Assembly (NCBI GenBank): GCA_963700985.1
Contig: OY969554.1
Coordinates: 320,001 to 384,000 of the forward strand
DNA from: an uncultured Chlamydiales bacterium
GTDB lineage: Bacteria; Chlamydiota; Chlamydiia; Chlamydiales; Rhabdochlamydiaceae
Direction: 5' to 3'
Length of the DNA stretch: 64,000 nucleotides
Below are positions 1 through 9,100 of this stretch, piece by piece (the first letter of the stretch is position 1; the number at the start of each line of letters is the position of its first letter). Made by a program: the position numbers and the translations under genes. The notes below the pieces were generated by a model that did not search any database, had not been told where the DNA came from, and saw only the letters and a list, made by a program, of their open reading frames with translations.

Positions 1-123
1 TCGGCGCCGAAGAGAAGTACTACCCCACCTGCTTCCGCTGCTACTCCTCCCAGCTCGCAAATAGCCCTCTTAAGTGCTGCGCTTCGCGCACCCCTTAATT
101 GGATTGAATCATTTTTTTGGGTA

Positions 124-599
124 TCTATAGACATGTCGGATGGTGCGTCCTGATGGCGCACCTCCCGCGACCACCTTGAGCCTCATCTCGCTTTGCCAAA
201 CCGCGTCCTCGAAGGCGAGGTGTACATAGTACCCTTCGGACCCGGTTCGCTTTGCTCACCTGTTTCGCACTACAAAGGTCCGCTGGACCTTTTCGTGTCT
301 TCAACAGCCCTTCTCGCGTCACCTCGCAGAACTAACTTAAGAAATTCAGAATATCCCAAACAGTACTGCGAGGCGACGTGGAAGGGGCCCCCAGCGAAGC
401 TAGAGGGGAGGGAACGCGCTCGAGCAGCCCGACGACTCAGATCGCAAAGTAAAATTGCAGCGCAGTAGAGCCCGAAGGGCGTGCGGCGGTCGTACTGTGT
501 ACACCCCGCCTACGAGCAGGCGATTTGACGAAGCGAGATGGGGCGCAAGGTGGTCGCGGGAGGGGCGCCAACGGACGCCCCATCCGACATGTCTATAGA
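124..599. mobile_element. MITE-like / long palindromic element with ~108-bp imperfect terminal inverted repeats
   Basis: 124-232 (tctatagacatgtcggatgg...gtgtacatagtac) is the near reverse complement of 492-599. Nested internal inverted repeats at ~309-334 vs ~361-387 and acccttcgg/ccgaagggc. GC-rich relative to flanks; no transposase ORF. Confidence 0.65.
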
Positions 600-638
600 A
601 AATCGAAAAAGAGAAATTTAAATACTTAATTCTATTGA

Positions 639-1958
639 TTACTTGCTGGGGAAGTTGAGGGTGATGGGTGTGCTTTGGGTGCCGGATGCGTTCACGCTTA
701 CAAGGCTATACACGTCACTCTCGTTTTTATGGCGATTCTGGTCGTTATACTCAAATGGACCAGAGGCGTTGATTTGAGCGATTTGGCTGCCGTTGCGTGA
801 GAGAATGTAATCGACAACCGTCGTGTCTGAGCTGGGGCTCCACTGAAGCTTATGGATGTATTCAGTTTGGGTAGCAAAGATGACTTTGCGCAGTTGCCCC
901 GTGAGGTTTGAAGGTGGCAAAGGGGCTGGAGGAACGGGAGGGATGAAGTTTGACATCACAATAAAATTCGGTATACTTCCCAGAGTTTGATTAGCGAGCT
1001 CTGTATTATTTGCAGTATCGATAACAGTGAGGATGCTGTTTCCATTCGCAACAAGCAAAGTTAGCCCATCAGGGGTTATAGCAATAGGTTTAACATCATT
1101 CCCAGTACTGAGAGTGATCGTAGCTGCTACTACACTAGGATTTGCTGTATTGATCACACTAATTGTATTGGCAGTGCTGTTGCCTACATAGGCATTGATG
1201 CCGCTGGGTGTATTTCCTATGGCAACATATCTAGGGTGAGCGCCTACTGTAACCACATTTGTGACAGTATTCGTACTCGTATCGATCACCGAAACTGTGT
1301 TATCCAACAAGTTAGTAACATAGACGAATTGAGAGTCTGGTGTCACAGCGACTTGCTCGGGAGCAGTACCTACTGTAACCGTAGCCACTACTTGATTATA
1401 TGTTCCAGAGGTGGGATTGGCATCGATAACAGAAACGTTGTTAGAAGTGGTGTTGGCTACATAAACACGTAAGCCATTAGGCGCGACTGCAATGCCTTCA
1501 GCGCCAGAACCAACGGTAATAATAGAAGATACTGTATTCGTGTTAGTATCGATTACATCGACGGAAGGACTATTATTCGTGAGATAGACAAATTTTCCGT
1601 TGGGAGTTACGGCAAGAAACTGAGCAGTACCTGATGGCGCAAGTGTAGCTATAACTGTATTTGTGGCTGTTTCGATAACATTGATTTCGGTACCATCTGC
1701 ACCGTTAGCTGCCACGTAGATAAAAGCATTATCGGGAGTAATAGCGAGTCCATTAGCACTATTTGTAATTGGAATTGTGTGGATCAACGAATAGTCAGGG
1801 CTAGTCTCCCAAATCTCAACTTGACCTGCAAAAGAAGAGCCTTCGGCAATATAAGCGCTGATACCTGTTTGTGCTAATAGGTTTAAACTAGGCGTTACTA
1901 ATGATGCGATGACAGCTACATATCTGATCCAAAAACGTGTCTTTGAGCGTGTCTGCAT
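639..1958 (-). CDS. Secreted YVTN/YncE-type beta-propeller repeat protein with conserved FN3/Ig-like C-terminal tail (paralog P1)
   Basis: Signal peptide; repeated 'AITPDxxxxYVxNxxxxxVSVIDTxTNTV' blades; Pro-rich linker; 92-aa tail shared with three paralogs. Confidence 0.85.
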   Translation of the reverse strand: MQTRSKTRFWIRYVAVIASLVTPSLNLLAQTGISAYIAEGSSFAGQVEIWETSPDYSLIHTIPITNSANGLAITPDNAFIYVAANGADGTEINVIETATNTVIATLAPSGTAQFLAVTPNGKFVYLTNNSPSVDVIDTNTNTVSSIITVGSGAEGIAVAPNGLRVYVANTTSNNVSVIDANPTSGTYNQVVATVTVGTAPEQVAVTPDSQFVYVTNLLDNTVSVIDTSTNTVTNVVTVGAHPRYVAIGNTPSGINAYVGNSTANTISVINTANPSVVAATITLSTGNDVKPIAITPDGLTLLVANGNSILTVIDTANNTELANQTLGSIPNFIVMSNFIPPVPPAPLPPSNLTGQLRKVIFATQTEYIHKLQWSPSSDTTVVDYILSRNGSQIAQINASGPFEYNDQNRHKNESDVYSLVSVNASGTQSTPITLNFPSK

Positions 1959-2033
1959 ACGATTTGTCCTTTTGTTAAAAAAACATGTTAAACAAAAAGA
2001 AAAATCTAAGAAAAGAAAATTTTTGATCTAATC

Positions 2034-3167
2034 TTAAAGCTCGTCGTTGAGGATGGCAGTGCGGTAGGTATTCATGAGTTGAACCATGAAGTGGAGGTTG
2101 TGTACGGTGGCGAGGGTGAGGGCGGTGATCTCGCGGGCTTTGAAGAGGTGGTGCAAGTATGCCATGCTGAAGCGCGTGCAGGTGGGACACTGGCAGCCAG
2201 GCATTGGCGGGCCAAAATTTTTTGCGCCTTCGGCTTTGGTGATGTTAAGGCCGCCAGTTGGGGTGAGCAGCAGTCCGTGTCTGGCAGCGCGAGTTGGATA
2301 AGAGCTATCAAAAGTATCGATGCCGAGGGGAACGCAGCGTTGAATCGATTCTAGATCTCCGATCCCGAGTAGGTGCACGGGCTTTTCATCGGGAAGATGT
2401 GGCATGGTGGATGAGAGCATCTCTCCCATTTGGCTACGCGTCTTGCCCATGCTGCCACCAACGGCAAAACCGTCAAAGGGGCGGGCCTTTAGAAAATCGC
2501 AGCTCTGTTTGCGCAGTTCAAGATCGACGCCGCCATGCACCACAGCATACATAGCTTGGTTTTGCGGCTTGCTCAGGTGTGCCTCAAGTGAGCGGACTTC
2601 CCAACGGTGTGTGCGTTCGAGAGATTCTTTTAGATTTTTCGCAGAGAAGTGATAAGGGGGAAGTTCGTCGAACGGGATGATGATATCGGCTCCTAGATCT
2701 TTTTGCGCGGCGATAGAACTCTCCGGTGTGAGCATTACTTTTTGGCCATCACGATAGGAACGGAATAGAACGCCTTCTTCGGTGATTTTAAGTACGCTGC
2801 CGCCTTCTTTTTTTGTGCCGCGGCTTTTGAGTTCATCCGCTACCGATCCATAAGCTAAGCTAAAAACTTGAAATCCACCCGAGTCGGTGATGATGGGCAG
2901 CTGGCGATTGATGAATTTATGCAGGCCGCCACCTTGGCGCACCACTTCTGTGCCGGGTTGTAGCAGTAGGTGATAAGTATTGCAAAACATCAGCTGCAGG
3001 CCGATTTCGCTGACGAGCGCATTATCGAGAGCTTTGATGGTGCCATTTGTGCCGACGGCTACAAAATTAGGCGTATCGATTACGCCATGTGGAGTATGGA
3101 TCTTGCCCACGCGTGCACGGGATTTTTTTGAGGTGTGCAGAAGTTCAAAAGAGAAGCTATTGCTCAT
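2034..3167 (-). CDS. tgt: tRNA-guanine transglycosylase (chlamydial type)
   Basis: Motifs TPNF, CNTYHL, TDSGGFQVFSL, HLLGIG, FDSSYPTR and Zn site CQCPTC...HN. Confidence 0.95.
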   Translation of the reverse strand: MSNSFSFELLHTSKKSRARVGKIHTPHGVIDTPNFVAVGTNGTIKALDNALVSEIGLQLMFCNTYHLLLQPGTEVVRQGGGLHKFINRQLPIITDSGGFQVFSLAYGSVADELKSRGTKKEGGSVLKITEEGVLFRSYRDGQKVMLTPESSIAAQKDLGADIIIPFDELPPYHFSAKNLKESLERTHRWEVRSLEAHLSKPQNQAMYAVVHGGVDLELRKQSCDFLKARPFDGFAVGGSMGKTRSQMGEMLSSTMPHLPDEKPVHLLGIGDLESIQRCVPLGIDTFDSSYPTRAARHGLLLTPTGGLNITKAEGAKNFGPPMPGCQCPTCTRFSMAYLHHLFKAREITALTLATVHNLHFMVQLMNTYRTAILNDEL

Positions 3168-3819
3168 GGATGTAACGCCTCATTAGTGAAAGCATGGGCA
3201 TCATGCATAGAATGATGAGTAACTTGATCAAGAAGCTAAAAATAAGAATATCGGCGATCGAGGAGATGAGGCCGTACAATCCTAAAAAAGTAAAGAGCGT
3301 GGTATCTAAGAGTTGTGAAAGCACCAAGCTAAACGTATTGCGCAGAGGAAGTGAAGCAAAGGGGAGGGCGGCTTTTAAATATCCGTAAATGCGGAGGTCT
3401 ACTTGCTGCACGATGAAAAAGGTCGCAAGGGAGGCCACCAGAAGTCTTGGTGTTGCCATTAGAATTGTTGTGAAGGCGGTTTGTGTTTGATCATCTGCGC
3501 TTGGGGCATAAAGCAGGTGCATGCCAGCCATAAGCGCAAAGAAGATCATCACAAAGAAACAGATCCAAGCTGCGCGTTTGGCGCTTTCTTTTCCAAAATA
3601 TTCTTGAAGCAGGTTTAGACCTAGAATACTTCCAATTGCATAGACGTCACTGCAGGTTACGGTTAAGCCCATCAAATTCATCTGTTTGATGACAAATAAA
3701 TTTGCCAATACAGCTTGGATTGCCACCCAGCTGATGAGAGCTTCTTTGCCAAGTTTAAGTGCTCCCCAAGCAAAGGTGAGCACTAAGAGAAGATGTAATA
3801 GAAAAAGCAGTTCGTTCAT
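3157..3819 (-). CDS. yhhQ: Queuosine precursor transporter (YhhQ/VUT, COG1738)
   Basis: Multi-TM protein with ANLFVIK, E.FG, SQLLDT.LF motifs; overlaps the tgt start. Confidence 0.85.
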   Translation of the reverse strand: MNELLFLLHLLLVLTFAWGALKLGKEALISWVAIQAVLANLFVIKQMNLMGLTVTCSDVYAIGSILGLNLLQEYFGKESAKRAAWICFFVMIFFALMAGMHLLYAPSADDQTQTAFTTILMATPRLLVASLATFFIVQQVDLRIYGYLKAALPFASLPLRNTFSLVLSQLLDTTLFTFLGLYGLISSIADILIFSFLIKLLIILCMMPMLSLMRRYIHEQ

Positions 3820-3881
3820 AATTAGTCATGCAGTATAGCATTTCGCTTGGAAAAGATCACAAAAAAGGAGTTTAGTGACCT

Positions 3882-4361
3882 ATGAAAAAATTATTTACTT
3901 TGTTTGGCGTTCTATTTGCACTTTCTAGCCCAGCCTTTGCTGAGCAAACCCTTTCGATTATTAAGCCGGACGCGGTAGCAGCGAACCATATCGGTGCTAT
4001 CATAGAACGTTTTGAAAATAATGGTTTAAAGGTGGTGGCCGGCCGCATGACGAAGCTTTCTAAGAAACAAGCTGAAGATTTCTATGCCGTGCATAAGGAT
4101 CGCCCTTTCTATAAAGACCTAGTCAATTTCATGATTTCAGGCCCAATTTTTGTGCAGGTGCTAGAAGGCCCTGATGCTGTGGCAAAAAATCGCAAGATCA
4201 TGGGTGCAACCAATCCTAAAGATGCAGAAAAAGGCACTTTAAGAGCAGATTTTGCGACCAGTATGGAGAAGAATGCCGTGCATGGATCTGACAGCATTGA
4301 TAATGCCAAAAAAGAGATCGCATTCTTTTTCAAGTCGAGTGAGATCTACTCGCGTCCTTAA
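3882..4361 (+). CDS. ndk: Nucleoside diphosphate kinase with N-terminal signal peptide
   Basis: [25 protein letters not shown] (catalytic His), preceded by [20 protein letters not shown]. Confidence 0.95.
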   Translation: MKKLFTLFGVLFALSSPAFAEQTLSIIKPDAVAANHIGAIIERFENNGLKVVAGRMTKLSKKQAEDFYAVHKDRPFYKDLVNFMISGPIFVQVLEGPDAVAKNRKIMGATNPKDAEKGTLRADFATSMEKNAVHGSDSIDNAKKEIAFFFKSSEIYSRP

Positions 4362-6141
4362 CAGGGGTGCGTTCTTCAAAGAGAATGCTAGATGGAGCAT
4401 GATGCTTTGAAGAATTTTCGATATGCAGGAAGGGGGAGATGTCAATCTTTTGCCCTTCCTGAAATTTTTCAAGTAGCTCTTCTAAAGAGAAAATATTCAG
4501 GTGGCGGTTTGAAGAAGGGTTCACCAGATTAATTGGCAGATTGAGCGTGCGTGATCGGTTGAAAAAAAGACCGAGGCGTTTCTTTTTTCTTATTTTGTCC
4601 CAGCTAGCTTCAAGAGTATTGGGGTTCGTAAAACTGAGCGAGCGTAGATCTTTTTCTATGTCTGCTTTGCGATAGAGAACCATGTCGAGGCTGTTCGGAT
4701 AGTTCCAGTCGGCTTCGGCTTCTTTGAATTTCCAGCCATAAATATCTTTATCAACTGTTACATGCTTGGGGATTTTTTGAGCTTTATCTTGCATGAAGCA
4801 GTAGTTTAGATGCAGGCCATGCGCTAAGTAGAAGCCATAGGCTTTTGTCTTTTCTAGCGCCTGAATACACTGCTTAAAATCCACCGGATCTTTAACGATG
4901 ATGTCATCGACCGCAAATATAAGGTATGGGCAGGTGTTATCTGGGTTAAAAGCTGTTTCTAAAAGCAGCGGCTGAAAATCTGTGTGCGGGCTCGCGGATT
5001 GTTTAATAAAGCGGATAGATGGAAAAGCGCGAGCCAGTTGATCGTAGCTCGATGCAAATGAGCTATTGCTTGTTCGATAGATCACCGAAACTTGGTTGAG
5101 CCCCTGCATGAAGTTTCCAATAGACTCGAGCAGAGCGTAGAGTTGTAGCGGGCGATCAAAGGAGAAGATCACCAGATCAGCTTTTTCAAAGGCTTTTATT
5201 TGCTGCGGCAGCTTTTTTAGAGGCAGATAAGGATGTGCATCACGGATGGTATTTGCACATGCTTCTTGCAGAGAAAAATTGATCTTATGATCGTTCAAAG
5301 GATTGGTGCGGTTATACAAATAGAGCACGTCAGGGATAAAACACGAGTGCTTTCCAGATTGTTCTAATAGTGGGAACATCATGGCCAAATCGCCGGCCAT
5401 AGGATAAAAGCTGTCTTTGTAGAGCAGATCTTCTAGTTTAATTTGTTTGAAGAGCGATGCATAAAAAGTGCGTAGATGAGAAGAGATCCACGGTGCTTTG
5501 CGGTAACTATTATGTCGGATAATCGTATCTGAAATTTTCTTGCATTTGATGACCGACTGTTTATAACTCGGATAGTCTAAATAGTTGCCATAGGTCATCC
5601 AGACATCGCTTTTAGCATAAACCCGATTGAGCTTGGTAAGGACGCCTTCATGTGCAAGAAAATCATCGCCATCCAGCGCTATAACAATTTCATGATCGAG
5701 ACATGAGTGGATGGCATGATAGAAATTTGCGAGCGCGCCACGGTTCGTCTCATTGTGGATTAGCGTAAAGCGATCTTTTTTGCTGCTTTTTTCTACCAGG
5801 TCTTTGACTTTTGCAAAGGTGTCGTCTGTTGAGCAGTCGTCGATATAAATTACACGGAAATTTTCATATTTCTGTTCGAGTACGGAATGAATGTTTTTTT
5901 CACAAAATCCACTGTTGTTATACGAGGGGATAATGATGACAAAGGGCTTTTCTTCTTTGGCAAGCGCCGTTTTTAGATGTGAGGGGGCTTTTTTGTGAGC
6001 TTTGTAGTAGCGGAGGCCTTGCCATGTGGCAGCGGCAGCGATCAGTAAAGCCAGAAAACAAAGGATGAAGGATGACCTATAAACGCGAAAAAAGGCAGAG
6101 AAGTTACTTCTGCCTTTTTTTTCATTCTTCTGAGTCAGCAT
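4330..6141 (-). CDS. Membrane-anchored glycosyltransferase family 2 protein with a second GT-A-like domain
   Basis: N-terminal [23 protein letters not shown]. Second half has [13 protein letters not shown] and FAVDD. Confidence 0.8.
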   Translation of the reverse strand: MLTQKNEKKGRSNFSAFFRVYRSSFILCFLALLIAAAATWQGLRYYKAHKKAPSHLKTALAKEEKPFVIIIPSYNNSGFCEKNIHSVLEQKYENFRVIYIDDCSTDDTFAKVKDLVEKSSKKDRFTLIHNETNRGALANFYHAIHSCLDHEIVIALDGDDFLAHEGVLTKLNRVYAKSDVWMTYGNYLDYPSYKQSVIKCKKISDTIIRHNSYRKAPWISSHLRTFYASLFKQIKLEDLLYKDSFYPMAGDLAMMFPLLEQSGKHSCFIPDVLYLYNRTNPLNDHKINFSLQEACANTIRDAHPYLPLKKLPQQIKAFEKADLVIFSFDRPLQLYALLESIGNFMQGLNQVSVIYRTSNSSFASSYDQLARAFPSIRFIKQSASPHTDFQPLLLETAFNPDNTCPYLIFAVDDIIVKDPVDFKQCIQALEKTKAYGFYLAHGLHLNYCFMQDKAQKIPKHVTVDKDIYGWKFKEAEADWNYPNSLDMVLYRKADIEKDLRSLSFTNPNTLEASWDKIRKKKRLGLFFNRSRTLNLPINLVNPSSNRHLNIFSLEELLEKFQEGQKIDISPFLHIENSSKHHAPSSILFEERTPVKDASRSHST

Positions 6142-9100
6142 CTACTTGCCTGGCTTGCCGCTTGCACGAGGAAGTGGAGGACGCACACCGAGTTTCGGTA
6201 AGACGTTTGCTTCAGCTTCCGTTTTAGCTCCTGCTGCCTTGCTTGTAGATTTTGCTTCTACGAGGCCATTCACACTGATTCTATACACAGGGGCAATGGC
6301 TTGCAGTCCAGAAAGATCGACCTTAACCAGCGGGTTATTCAGCGCAAAAGCATACATGTTTGGCCCGTCGATGTATCGATGTGGATCTGGGGTGAGCCAG
6401 TGTCCAGTTTCTGGGTCGTAATAGCGCATTCCGAAATACGCAAGCCCGATCTCATCATCTATGCGTTTTGAAGAAAAACGCCAGGGCTGTGAAATATGTG
6501 GAATGTAGGGCACAGCTTTTTCTTCTCCGAAGGCAGTGTAACGATACTGTTCAACCATCGTACGCGAGCTGAATGAAAGAAGCGCACTTATGTTGCCTTG
6601 CAGATCATGCAGAGGAGCATAAATCTCTTCACCTAATTCAATTGCTACAGTAGCACCGATATCAGCCTGTGTTGTTCTTCCTAACACACGTAGCTGGACG
6701 AGATTGCCTGAAGCATCGGCTGCACCAATCTCATTCGTGTCGTCATAAAGGAAAGACAATCTTTGCTGTTCATTCCAGTCATTTTCTTTCCAGGCATAGG
6801 AAAACTTCTCTTGGCGTCTATTCCAGCCATCATAAGTATAAGCTAAACGCCAGGCATAGGGTTTAGTGACTTCGACTAACCGGTCAAGGGCGTCGTAGCG
6901 GAAGTAGACTTCACCTTGAGCAGTGCGCTTGCAGATGAGGTTGCCACAGGGATCATAAAAATAACGTGTCTGTGGAGTAGAGAGCAGTTGTTTTAATGGA
7001 TCAACCTGATAGTTAAATCCATCTTTGCTCAAACGATTCTGATGCGAGTCGTAGGTATAGCTATGAGAAAATATACCCTCCTCTTGTGTGAGTTGGTGCA
7101 GATTGTCATATTGATACTCTACGTCGAAATCTTTTCGAGGTGTTTTCCAAGCCATCTTTTCGATATTTCCTGCGACATCAAAGGAGAGCACTTTTTGTTC
7201 GCCCCAACGAGATGCGAGCGCAGCTTTGCGCCCCATAACATCGAAGTTATAAATCACTCTACCCATGCCTCCGATAGGCCGCTCTTCAAGGAGGTTTCCT
7301 GAAAGGTCATATTTCGCAAAGTGGTGCATATATTGGAGAAGCCCCTCTTTGGAATTGCGGATGACCTTTTTCATGTTCAGGGCATCATAGGTGTAACGAA
7401 CTGTTGAGTTATCTGGGAAGATGGTCTCAATTCGTCTGCCCATGGTGTCATAACGATTTTTCAGAACCAGGCCATTTTCTTGGCTCTCTTCTAGAATACG
7501 ACCTACTGCATCGAGCTCTCGAGCAGTGATTCGCTGTGTCTTGAGATCGCAAGTAGAGGTCTGACGTCCATTACGATCATAGGTAAATGAATAATCGACT
7601 GAATAATCAGAGGAATAGACGCGTACGAGTCTTCCTAAGCCATCATATGTATGATGAATAATCACGCCGTCCGGCTTGATTTTTTGGCTGACTAGACCTT
7701 TATGCGTGTAGGTGTAGCGTGTTACACGCTTATCGTTTGAACCATAACTTTCTGTTAAGGTAAGCAAGCGTTTCATCGGGCCATATTCCCAGCGTGTCTC
7801 AGTCATACGCGGAGGTAATTCTGGCGATAGGATCGTGCTTACTTGTCTAGCTAAATTGCCTGCTGCATCATAAAAGAGCTCTTCTTTAGAAAGAGGTAAA
7901 CCTTCGGCATTCTCTTTTTCAATGCTTGCAAGTCTGCCAAGCGCATCTTGCGTCTCGATTGTACGATTGCCCAGAGTATCAATTACAATTTTACGTGTGA
8001 CAATCTGACCGAGATCGTTTAAGAAGTGCCCGTCATATTCAACTTTTGTAATATCACCAAGAGCATTCGTGTGTTGGATTAGGCGATTGAACGCATCGAA
8101 GAGGAAGCGTTCTTTTGCTTCTTGACCATCAATGATACGTGAAATTGCAGAAGTATTACCTGCATTGTCATATTCAAAGCGGATCAATGAAAGCAATTTA
8201 CCTTTGCCATTTTCAACACGCTCTTCGATCACGCGATCCATGAAGTCATATTGCTTGTATGTCAGCTGTGTGACATTTTGGGTGCCTTTTTCTATGGAAG
8301 CGATGCGTCCTAAGTTATCATAGGTATAAAGTGTTTTCTCACCTTGGATCTCTTCGGCGATTTTTCTTCCAGCTGAATCGTATGCGTAGGTCGTGGTATT
8401 TCCTTCCGCATCGGTTTTTGCTAATAGGTTAAATGCATCGTATACAAAATGCTCTTCGGAGAGGAGACCTCCAGTTGAACTTACGATTTTTTTAGATGTG
8501 ACTCTGCCCGCAAAATCATAAGTGTAATGGGTAGCATTTTGCTCTTGATCGTAGTGCGTTTTTAAAGTGCCATCGAGAGAGTAAATGAATTTTTCGCGTC
8601 CATTATCTGGGTGGATAATCAGAAATGGTTTATCTCTAACTGTGTAAGAGAAAGAGGTGGTTTCGTTTTTGGCATTTGTTTCACTTAAAACTCGTCCCAG
8701 CGCATCACACTGTTTATATGTGGTGGGATGGAGGAGTCTTCCCTCTAGATCTAAAACAGCAGGGTAGTGCGTTGCAAGCTCGTGGCCAGCTGCATCAAAT
8801 ACTGAATGGGTCTCATTTCCTTGTGGATCGATTGTAGCAACTTTATTGCCTTTAAGATTGTACTTATAGGAAGTTGTTTTAATCGTTCCGTCGATATTCT
8901 GCTCGTCCACTTGGGCAAGACGGTTAGCGAAATCGTAGGTTAATCTTTTTGAACCTTTGCCATTAAAATCTTGATAGAGGATTTTATTGCCATTTGCATC
9001 AAAGATAGACTTGGCGATTTTGCCGAAAGCATTGCGTTCTTCAATCGGATAACCCATTGAGTTATAGCGAGTTTGAAGAGTATAAGCTAGAGAGTTATTA

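Noticed and set aside
125-468. ORFs 125-322 (-) and 193-468 (+) as a transposase or other real genes
   Set aside because: Short, inside the palindromic element, no DDE or HUH motifs.
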